Source of the DNA: Aduncisulcus paluster
Taxonomy: Eukaryota
DNA: 39,035 bases
Assembly (NCBI GenBank): GCA_024181965.1
Contig: BQXS01009951.1
Span: 1 to 39,035 of the forward strand
Reading direction: 5' to 3'
The position numbers and the translations under genes were made by a program. The notes under the pieces are model-generated. The model was not told where the DNA came from. It saw only the letters and a list, made by a program, of their open reading frames with translations, and did not search any database. Positions 29,713 through 39,035 of this stretch are shown here, piece after piece; the stretch's first letter is position 1; every line of letters begins with the position of its first letter.

Positions 29713-30897
29713 TTGAAGCCTGTCAAAACACTCCCAAGTATTCCCAAGTGTATTACTGATGAATTTGGAAGTTTCATTGATTCTCTCATCATTAGAATCG
29801 AAACTGGAAATATTCATGGTCTATCCGAAGAATGGAAAATATTTTCTTTAAAAAATGATGTTTATCCGGAGTATTCTTTGGGTATTTCTCGACTTACATT
29901 TTTGGTTAATATGATTGCCTCATCGATATGTGATGTTAATATTTTACATGAAGGAATCTCGTTTATTATATTAATTTTTTTGATTATTCAGGAACAGCCA
30001 TATTTGCCCAAGATACTCCCAATCATTTCTCATCAATATATTTTGGGATTTTTGAAAATTAAAGAGAATTATAAATCCTTTTACAAACCTTTTTTTGCAG
30101 AAAAATTAACCCATGAGTGTTCTGAAAGAATGCTCGAGNNNNNNNNNNNNNNNNNNNNAGAATGGAAAATATTTTCTTTAAAAAATGATGTTTATCCGGA
30201 GTATTCTTTGGGTATTTCTCGACTTACATTTTTGGTTAATATGATTGCCTCATCGATATGTGATGTTAATATTTTACATGAAGGAATCTCGTTTATTATA
30301 TTAATTTTTTTGATTATTCAGGAACAGCCATATTTGCCCAAGATACTCCCAATCATTTCTCATCAATATATTTTGGGATTTTTGAAAATTAAAGAGAATT
30401 ATAAATCCTTTTACAAACCTTTTTTTGCAGAAAAATTAACCCATGAGTGTTCTGAAAGAATGCTCGAGTTCTTTGGATGTACTGTCGTTGGATGCTTAAA
30501 TTTAATCCAATTTGGAACTCCCTTTGATGATAAAAGATTATCACGGGCTTCTTTACTGTCAATCCATATAATGAAAGCTATTCAGGATTTTGAAAATGAC
30601 AAGTATTCGGATTATCATCTAGATTCAAAATTTGTTGATCCTTCTCGTTTATTGCCATATTTTGATGAATTAAGCCAAACTTCAATCTCGAAACATATCT
30701 TGAAAACCAAGGAATTTGCATCTTTTCACTTGGATGATCTTTCAAGACGAAAAGGGTACTCTGAAATGTATGAGCCTCTGAGATCAAAAATTTTCCAGGG
30801 TCAAAAGAGTTTACCTTCTCTTTTGGATTATCGATCTGGGTTTGATGAGTTTGAAGATACTGAGGATTTTTTATTGGAATTTTTGAAGATTAAATAA
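29713..30897 (+). CDS. Hypothetical protein, weakly SNAPC1/SNAP43-like; true start unresolved (probable short upstream exon); contains a gap duplication
   Basis: Long open frame (about 284 aa collapsed) without an early ATG. The pattern ..F.....L...W........hydrophobic helix IILIFLIIQEQPYLPKILPIIS resembles SNAP43 LY.LY.TQP..P..kI.i. Confidence 0.4.
   Translation: MKPVKTLPSIPKCITDEFGSFIDSLIIRIETGNIHGLSEEWKIFSLKNDVYPEYSLGISRLTFLVNMIASSICDVNILHEGISFIILIFLIIQEQPYLPKILPIISHQYILGFLKIKENYKSFYKPFFAEKLTHECSERMLEXXXXXXXEWKIFSLKNDVYPEYSLGISRLTFLVNMIASSICDVNILHEGISFIILIFLIIQEQPYLPKILPIISHQYILGFLKIKENYKSFYKPFFAEKLTHECSERMLEFFGCTVVGCLNLIQFGTPFDDKRLSRASLLSIHIMKAIQDFENDKYSDYHLDSKFVDPSRLLPYFDELSQTSISKHILKTKEFASFHLDDLSRRKGYSEMYEPLRSKIFQGQKSLPSLLDYRSGFDEFEDTEDFLLEFLKIK
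29829..30468. repeat. Gap-flanking duplicate: 29829-30138 = 30159-30468 around 20 Ns (assembly artefact)
   Basis: 310 bp identical on both sides of N30139-30158. The offset of 330 is in frame. Confidence 0.93.
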
Positions 30898-31368
30898 ATT
30901 CTACAACTATACTCGGAGGCCTTCATCTTATGATAAAATGATCATTAACACGGTCAGTGACTGTACAGTATACTGTGAGCGGAGGCCAAGTGGGTCATCG
31001 CTGATAAGGATTGATTTTTCTTTTTCTTTGACAGATAAATATCTAAAAATAGATAATAAAATTATTAAATCAAATATAAATTTTTTATAAAGATATTATA
31101 TTAATTATATAATATAACTTAAAAATAAATTTTTTATACTCTATTTATAGATATTTTTTCATGAACGAGATATTAAAATAAATAAATAAATTACTACTTA
31201 TTCATTATAATAAATATCCCATTTTCCTAAATATCATTCCTTGGGTGTATTATCATTTCTTCAACACACCGTACGAGATTCAATCTATCAAAGTTTTGAT
31301 TTTCCCTGTTTCGGCAAGATAGTCTATTCTGGATAATTATTTTTTGATTTTCTTGTGCGATAGATAAA

Positions 31369-34300
31369 ATGTCAAAAAGTACGACATCATTCAAATCTAT
31401 TTCTATCCTTTCATCGGGTTCTTCTCTTGCTGATTCTAGTTACACAGTTAGGCGGAGCCTGTCGGGGCAATTTGAGCATGCCTTGTTTCATTGTTTATAT
31501 TTTACTTATTTTCATGACAGAAAACGTCATGGAATGTTATCATTCTCTAACATTTTGTGGGGTACAATGTATCTATTTAAATTTCTTGTTATTGCATCTC
31601 TTGCTGCTCCAATTAAGAGCATAAAATACGAAGACGTTGTGATTGAAACTATTTTAAAACTTTTTTTAATTGATCGATTGGATTTTGTTAGTTCTGAGTT
31701 TTTGTCGTATCATTGGGCCATCTATATCTTTTCCATTTTCATGGGATTATTCGCGATTGCTGCTATTTTTTTCATATATGTTGTTGTTGTTTTATCAAAA
31801 ACTCGGATTCCGAATATGAATATTGTAATTTTTAATACGACTCTTCTTCACATTATTTGTGATCTTATGTTTCCTATGTTCGCCGCTCAACTTGGAAATA
31901 TTATTTCATTCACTTTTTCGGGTGATATTTCGATTGCTGGGTGTATTCTTTGTGTCTTTTTTGCTTCTTTCTACATAATCGCTTCTTTGATTTTTTCTCG
32001 CGTTAATTTTCCACCGGAAATATCTTCTTCTTCAATTCTCGCGTCCGAAACTGGAACTTCTCGTTTTTATTTCTCTATTGTTGTTGGTTTGGTTGCTTTT
32101 GTCTATCCTTTTTTCAATTCTGAAAATGTTAATCCTTCATTTCCGGCGGCAGTGTCGATTGGATTCGGGATATTGGCATGGGTGATAACATTAATTGGTA
32201 TTTGTAGTCAACAGAGGGGAAATATATTTTTTGCATTATGTTCTGGACTCACAATTGGGTTTTCTGTTGGATTTTTTATTTTGTCCTTTTTCCAAAACCT
32301 TAATCACATTTTAACTGTGGTTCTTGTAATTATTTTCCCAACTTTATCTTGCATTGGAAATGGATTTCTTGTGTCTTTTCTATATAATCGATTTAATACT
32401 CAACCAGTACAGTCTGTGCAAAATATTGAAAGATTTATCCGAATTCAACGTGAAGAAATAGATTATGATCTGCCAATTTCACTTCAACCACCGAAATGGG
32501 CAGCTAATTCACCGTCATCCGTCTTTTCTGCACTTCACACACTCGTATTTTATATTAAGAAGGCTATTGAGATGGAGATGATCATTTTCAAGATTAATCC
32601 GCCTTCTTCTCCTCCAAATGTATCCAATTTACCCATTTTTACTGTATACGCTTGTGCTTCCGAGGAAGAAAGGCTCTCCGCTATTCGAAAAAAGCAAGAG
32701 AGTATGCAATGTGGTTCATGCATGGTTGAAGAAAGGCAATATCACGATCACATTGATATGATTTTGAACAGAGAAAAAGAATACAAGGGGAAAAAACTTT
32801 ATATTCCTTGTTTCGCTCCCATTCCATCGTTCCAGCCAACTCTATTTCGTCCATATTTTCGCTCCAAAATGTGTGTTGGAGAGAAGATGGAAGCTCATAT
32901 TAAGCATTCCTTAACCACTGGGAGAATTCTCTCACTTGTTCGGGCTGCTCTCATACTTATTGAGTACTCAAAGAATGCTTTTCCGTCCTCTGTAGCTCCA
33001 ATCTGGGCTTACACCTTGTTTGCGTGCTCTTATGCTCCTTCATGTGCTGCTCATGCTGTCAAGCAGCTTAGCTCTTATGAAAACGAGAAAGGATCCACAC
33101 TTACAATGAGATACGTCCTGTTCTACGCGGGTAAGAAGCTGGTAGAAGAAAGAGAAAGGGGTGACGGAGATATCATGCAAGTAATTAACAGCAGAAAACT
33201 GAAGAAAAGGGCGAAAGAGCAGGCAGAGATTGTTGTTATGGGAATGTCTAGATTGTTGAGGAAAATATCCGAGTTAAAAGAAGCTATNNNNNNNNNNNNN
33301 NNNNNNNATGTGCTGCTCATGCTGTCAAGCAGCTTAGCTCTTATGAAAACGAGAAAGGATCCACACTTACAATGAGATACGTCCTGTTCTACGCGGGTAA
33401 GAAGCTGGTAGAAGAAAGAGAAAGGGGTGACGGAGATATCATGCAAGTAATTAACAGCAGAAAACTGAAGAAAAGGGCGAAAGAGCAGGCAGAGATTGCT
33501 GTTATGGGAATGTCTAGATTGTTGAGGAAAATATCCGAGTTAAAAGAAGCTATTAATGAGAAGAAAGAGACCTTAAAGAATCAAATTTATGAGCGGAAAA
33601 AAGAAGAGAGAGCGATAGAAGACGGTAATTGTTGCACCCGTCATAAATTTAAGGAGAAATTACGGAAAAAACAAGATAAAATCAATGGACAAGAGAAACA
33701 ATCCGATACACATGGTTCAATTTCACAATATGTCACCATTTTCAAGGACAACCTGTATGTTGGTGAGAAGAGTCTCAGTCCTCTCAAAGAAGAAATGCAT
33801 AAAATTCATGATGCTGTCCTTTCTGCCCAACAAGCTTTCGGACAACTTCTTGAGAAACCAACCCCGTCAATTATTCGTATGTATGTTACATTTCTCGCTG
33901 ATATGCATGTTCCCGAATCTGTTATTGACAAATATATTGGAATTGCCAATGATCTGGAGAAAGAGGACGTTAGAGAAGCAATTCCTATCCACGATCTCAC
34001 TGAACTTGGTGATGTTGACGAAGAGGAAGAAGAGGAAGAAGAGGAAACCACGTCGATGTTCACTGCTCTTGTGGGGAAGTACAATACTGTGAAACATTCG
34101 AATACGGTTGTTATCAAAGCTGTCTCCATTGTTGTTTTGCTTTGTTCATTGGTTCTGATGATCATACTGAGTGTTCTTCCAGCATTGGAATCCAATATTA
34201 CGCTTGAATTGCAAGTACAAGACATATTAACATTATCATCAGCTGTGGACATGTATGCAAGGATGAACATTCATTTCTTCGATTATATTGCGAATGAAGG

Positions 34301-36329
34301 CGATGAAAATGATTCAGAGCTCTTGTGGATCCATGGGAATTTCCTTTATACGTATAGCAATATGTTATCCATGGCCAAATTACACAATTATTATTCGAAG
34401 GTTAGGTCTGTGTCCGACAATATTGTGTCCTATCTTGAAGGAGGAATTGATGCTATAAGTCTATTTGAGATCATTCCTCAGCTATCATACACTCCCCAGG
34501 CATCTCTTGCCAATTCTCTCAAGATTGACAGTGCAATTGATCTAAATTCCGAGACCATTGAAGTTTCTGATTTTATGAGTGAAAGATCGTATGATGTTCC
34601 ATTATGCGATTTCTTGTATAATATTGCCACCAGATACACTCAACTCGTGGAATGTGCCAATGACACTTTGTGGGATTTTAAGTATTCTTCTTCTGATGAT
34701 CTCGAATCTACATCTTCTACTTACATGGTCCCTGATGCATATATGTTTTTGAATGATAATGTTAATTTTAAGTCTCGGGGATGCATGCTTGGCATTGTCA
34801 ACAGCGCTGAAGAGCTTCGACAACTCTCGATTGATGCCGTGATGGACTTGATTTCAATTCAGTTATCCTCAATGGGATCTCCTTTCTCATTCATGTCAGA
34901 ATCGGAGACAAACACATATATTACGACAGGAATATGTGTTTTCATACTCATCTTGGCCGGATTGACAATATTCTTCTTCCTGATTCGACCATCTCTTATT
35001 AGATACCACGTTGGTGTCCTCAAACTCGTTGAATATTTTTCTGATGACCATCTTAAGCAGCTCAGATTGTGGATAAGGGAGCGAGTGAAGAAAATCCAAA
35101 AGGAAAAAAGGGGAGAGGATAATCTTGAGGCTAGGATCACCTCTGATTTTGATCAAGTGGACGGGTCTGATCCATCCCAACAGGAAGAAGACATTCTGAA
35201 TATGATTATGGAAGGATCGCAGGAGGAAGGAGAGGTGGAGGAAGAGAAGGAAGAAGACGAGAAAGACGACAGAATTGAATCTGTCTTGATTGATGCTCAG
35301 GAAGAATCCACCGAAGATCCAGATGTTATTCTTCGAAGAGAGGTCGATGGTTTGACTTTTGAAGTTCTACCTTGTTCTGCCCGAAGGTATCTCTTTAAAC
35401 ATACGTGTTCGACTTTGGTGTGGAGCTTGTTTCTGTCGTGTTTTCTGTTTTTGTGTATGTATGTTTGTTACATTCTCCTCCGTCTTGCGGCACAAGATGG
35501 TGCCAGAAGCATCATTATAGCTTCCGTGGCTGAGTTTTTGGCTTTATCTCAAATGAATCTTAATGCAACGGTGCAAGTTGTGTCGGACGACCAGCAACAA
35601 ATGTCGAATAATTTAATGAACTGTGCCATCACTTTGTATGGTATTCTTCCGGCTGTCGAGATCTTTTTTGCAATGATTACAGAAGGAGGTTCTACCGAAC
35701 GTATTGATCAACTTATTCAACTCTCTTCGGATGCTACTTCTGCTCTTCAAGACACCGATAACTCTGCGCGAACCGTTGATTTTCTTGATATTTTTAATCA
35801 ATCTGATATCCAAGAGGCCTTTCAGTTCACTGATCCATGGTCTGCTGGAATGGATGATTTCATTGATATATTGTTTACTGAAGGAAAATGTAATCGTCCT
35901 CTTTCAAGTGTGACATGTCCTGTGTCAAGATATCAAGAAGATCTTGATCATGGATTGCAAAGTTCTACTCAAATATTTATTTCTGCTATGAAATCTCTTA
36001 TAGCCCAACAAGTCACGGCTGCTTACGATCCAACAGATTCTACAGACTATGTTTCAACGACGAATTCGCAATATATTTTCCTTCAATACACTTCTGAACG
36101 CGATATTTTTGCTGGGTTTTCTCTTCTTCTCGATGATTCTTTGGATAAATTCAATCAAACACTAAATAACCAATATATTTTGTTAATTTTCACTGTCGTT
36201 GCCGTCTTTTTGCTTTTTATTCTCTATTATTTCATGTATTTTGTCTCTAGTAGTTCAAATATTCAATTAATAAGCAAGAGGTATCGATTCATTCATTCTC
36301 AATTATCCATGGGTATGACGATGAAATAG
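31369..36329 (+). CDS. TmcB/TmcC-like multi-pass membrane protein; a single ORF of about 1564 aa after collapsing the gap duplication
   Basis: About 8-9 N-terminal TM segments, then TPR-like motifs (FPSSVAPIWAYTLF, MRYVLFY, AQQAFGQLLEKPTPSIIRMYVTFLADM..IANDLE) typical of the TmcB-like family, then two TM-extracellular-TM modules. The ORF track splits it only because of the 266-nt artefactual offset. Confidence 0.65.
33042..33553. repeat. Gap-flanking duplicate: 33042-33287 = 33308-33553 around 20 Ns, one mismatch (T33233 vs C33499)
   Basis: 246 bp duplicate. The offset of 266 causes an apparent frameshift. Confidence 0.93.
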
Positions 36330-36763
36330 AAAGCTCACTCTACTGATTTAAACTATCCTTTAGTTTTTAATAAACACTTTTTATCTTCTTCCGAAGAATC
36401 TTCCTGCTCGACATTTCGAAACACTGCGATTTTCTTTGATGTCTTCTTTTGAGAACTTCATCGACATATGTCGATTCGACATAATGAGCATTCTTTGCAT
36501 GTCATATGATATGATGTTATGTTTTGTGCTTCATTTCCGTTCTTTTGGTGATTTATGAATGTGACATCTCAGGCTGATGTCGCAGTGTAACTGCAAAGGC
36601 TGGAAAATAATTTTGTAATGATAACGCGCCTAATCACTTATTTATGAGAAAATATTAAAATACAGTTACATTTGAAATGGGAAAGGTGTGATTTCGAAGG
36701 AAATACGAAAGTTTTTCGTCCTTTTCACAAGCTTGAAGCCAATATAAATGTCAATAGAAATCC

Positions 36764-37192
36764 ATGTTCTAAAAATAGATTTTCTAAAAATAGAAATTCA
36801 AAGCAATATTTCTTCCAATTTTATGGATTTTTACATGGTATTTTCATTATTTGTACATAATCCCCGTTTTAGAATTTTTACTGTCCATTTTTCAAATAAT
36901 CTCGATGTGGATTTCAATGAGTAAAAATATGTTCATTACAGTTCAACTGCTATAAATCAACACATAGAAAAGAATATATTGATTGGATAATTGATTGGAC
37001 AAAGCGGAAGTTATCGAGCTCTGGTGATCGCTGCAAAGTTATCGAAGAAAATCCGCCATGACAAAAATATTGAAAGAATAATTGGAGATACAAATCAAAA
37101 AGTTGTAAATACGAGCACTTTTGATGAATTTAGCATGAATGAAAGGAATAATGAAAAATGATGTTCTAAAAATAGAATTTCTAAAAATAGAA
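36764..37192. repeat. Dispersed 32-bp repeat ATGTTCTAAAAATAGA(T/A)TTTCTAAAAATAGAA at 36764-36795 and 37161-37192
   Basis: 31/32 identical. Each copy holds two CTAAAAATAG units at 15-bp periodicity. Confidence 0.9.
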
Positions 37193-37223
37193 CAACCCAA
37201 TCTTTTCCCTGAATATATTTCCA

Positions 37224-39035
37224 TTAACGATATTTTTTCGGAGTTTTATGCTTGTGTTTTCGGGATTTTCCCCGTTTTAATAGATGTGAAGGTTTTTGAG
37301 ATGGCACAGTTTCCAAATAATCCTTATTGTCCTTGTATTCCACCTTCTTTTCCTCATAAAGTGTTGAAAAAGGAACAATAGATGGAGAAATGATTTTTAA
37401 ATTTGTCAAAATATCACTTGAGGAAGTAAAAGAAGGACCAATAATAATAAAGAAAAATATCATAGAAATGCAAAGTAAGCAAATCAACAAAAAGATAACG
37501 ACAATTGAAGGCGTCAATCTATAGCGTTTTTGATGACATTTTTCCCCAAACCACCCATATTCACATATACATTTGAATTCTCTTTCAAGCACTTTCACAC
37601 ACAAACCATGTCCATGACATAACTCACTCTCTTTAACCCCACAGCTATCAATATCACATTGATTTCCACCCCATCCCCAATCGCAAACACATGTGGGAAC
37701 ACGATTTGAAGTGACATTTGGAAAATTCGAAATATCTTGGATCAACATACATTGTCCATTCATACATCCTTCACAAAAACCTTCATATTCATTTGACGGA
37801 AGTTCACAAATACCATCATTATTGAGGAAAAAAGAAGAATCACAATTACATTGCAATGTAGAAAGATCAAACTCACCCCAACCACATACCCTCCCTTCAC
37901 TATCAATTGGATAAGATTCCTCACATCTTTCTCCATAAAACGAATCATAACAATGGCAAAACGGGAGAGAATCATCCCCAATATCACAGAAACCATGGGA
38001 AGAAACACACCCATAACATCCTTCCCCGATACCAGAGGCATAAATACACGAACCTTCATTATCCAAGTAGGATGTGAAATCACATTGACATTCCCAAATT
38101 GAATTATTTTCAACACATGAACTATTTTGTGGACAGTTTACACCACATTTTGAAACACAAAATTGGATGGTATCTTCAAACAAAACTTCTTCAGTTTCTG
38201 AACATTGACAATCCCAACTGAAATATTCATTGGAAATACATTTTCCATTCCCATCAGATAATTCACTAGAACATCTAGAATCGGAACAGTTTTGGATTTC
38301 ACATGAATCTCCAGAAAATCCAGTGTAACACTCACAAAGTTCATTAATACAAACCCCATTTCCACCACAGACAAGGCCATCACTTGACGGACAGTCTTCA
38401 AAAATATCACAATTATCCCCATACCATCCAACAACGCACCCTTCACTCGTGCTATCATCAGCTTGCACACATTGTTTGTTGGAATGTTCTGCGATAACAC
38501 TCACACACCCCGGAATTGTTGATAAATCGTCAAATAGAGTGCAAGGAGATTCAGAATGAGAATCGTAGAAGCTAAACATAACACATTCCGCACGCCACAC
38601 ACCCGTCCAAATTTCCCGACATACGGTATTAGATTCCATACTGACATCCAAGCACTCGGAATGTGAATCGCAAACGTTAGAATCTTGCTCAGTAGTATCC
38701 ACGAGTTCTAAATGTTTGAATATAGCAGTGAACTCATCCAGATCAGAAAGATCTGTCGTGTTTGCAATTCCACAGATATTATTATGGGAAATATTCAACG
38801 ATAGTAATGTATTTGCATGCACATATAACAGCGAGATGTCAACAAAACCATTGCTCGAAAGATCAAGTGAGGTGAATGATTGAGTGGTCAAATGAAAAAG
38901 GTCTGCATCAGAGAGTAAACAATTAGCAGCAACAAAATCTGCAATGGCTTCAAACAACACCAATTGTGCAAAATCATCCAATTGCAAACCAGAAATATCA
39001 AGAAATATCAGAGAGGAATTGGTATTTGTTTCATC
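37224..39035 (-). CDS. Type I membrane surface protein with leucine-rich repeats and multiple EGF-like/Cys-rich repeats; 5'-truncated by the window
   Basis: The frame is open to the window edge. LRR motifs (FTSLDLSSNGF, LLSLNISHNNI), EGF repeats (CGGNGVCINELCECYTGFSGDSC, CHGHGLC..CICEYGWFGEKC), a TM segment SIVVIFLLICLLCISMIFFFIII and a basic cytoplasmic tail. Confidence 0.88.
   Translation of the reverse strand, partial: DETNTNSSLIFLDISGLQLDDFAQLVLFEAIADFVAANCLLSDADLFHLTTQSFTSLDLSSNGFVDISLLYVHANTLLSLNISHNNICGIANTTDLSDLDEFTAIFKHLELVDTTEQDSNVCDSHSECLDVSMESNTVCREIWTGVWRAECVMFSFYDSHSESPCTLFDDLSTIPGCVSVIAEHSNKQCVQADDSTSEGCVVGWYGDNCDIFEDCPSSDGLVCGGNGVCINELCECYTGFSGDSCEIQNCSDSRCSSELSDGNGKCISNEYFSWDCQCSETEEVLFEDTIQFCVSKCGVNCPQNSSCVENNSIWECQCDFTSYLDNEGSCIYASGIGEGCYGCVSSHGFCDIGDDSLPFCHCYDSFYGERCEESYPIDSEGRVCGWGEFDLSTLQCNCDSSFFLNNDGICELPSNEYEGFCEGCMNGQCMLIQDISNFPNVTSNRVPTCVCDWGWGGNQCDIDSCGVKESELCHGHGLCVKVLEREFKCICEYGWFGEKCHQKRYRLTPSIVVIFLLICLLCISMIFFFIIIGPSFTSSSDILTNLKIISPSIVPFSTLYEEKKVEYKDNKDYLETVPSQKPSHLLKRGKSRKHKHKTPKKYR

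Noticed and set aside
33288-33375. Apparent frameshift or two overlapping genes (31369..33375 and 33372..36329)
   Set aside because: Explained by the 266-nt duplicate-plus-gap offset; collapsing it gives one ORF.
13000-33553. Apparent internal tandem duplications in UTP10, the 23-kb gene end, the 30-kb gene and the TmcB-like gene
   Set aside because: Each pair sits exactly either side of a 20-N gap and is essentially identical. These are unmerged contig overlaps, not biology.
1-39035. CRISPR arrays, transposase/RT genes, rRNA, tRNA, spliceosomal snRNAs, prokaryotic operons or defence systems
   Set aside because: None recognised. Gene content and introns are eukaryotic, and the repeats seen are coding microsatellites or assembly overlaps.

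Overview
This is a gene-dense, AT-rich eukaryotic scaffold segment, not prokaryotic. It holds about 17 protein genes with short intergenic spacers and four short spliceosomal introns that all start GTATGT. The overall style suggests a compact-genome protist, possibly a free-living fornicate or Carpediemonas-like organism; that is an inference, not shown. The most striking feature is a concentration of ribosome-biogenesis and stable-RNA genes. POP5, SPB4/DDX55, UTP10, an RPA34-like gene and SSF1/PPAN are five consecutive genes. NAF1, CSL4, RPL7A and a tentative SNAPC1-like gene are four consecutive genes, and an oligoribonuclease lacking its last catalytic Asp lies between the two blocks. Reading the introns by hand recovers 5' exons missed by the ORF track and clarifies three gene identities (RPA34-like, SANBR-like, CCZ1/INTU/HPS4-like). 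Other genes encode a giant coiled-coil protein, a tail-anchored coiled-coil protein, a TmcB-like multi-pass membrane protein and an LRR-EGF surface protein. Four 20-N gaps are each flanked by a 196-310 bp duplicated overlap, which is an assembly artefact. All family calls come from motif recognition by eye; no database search was run.
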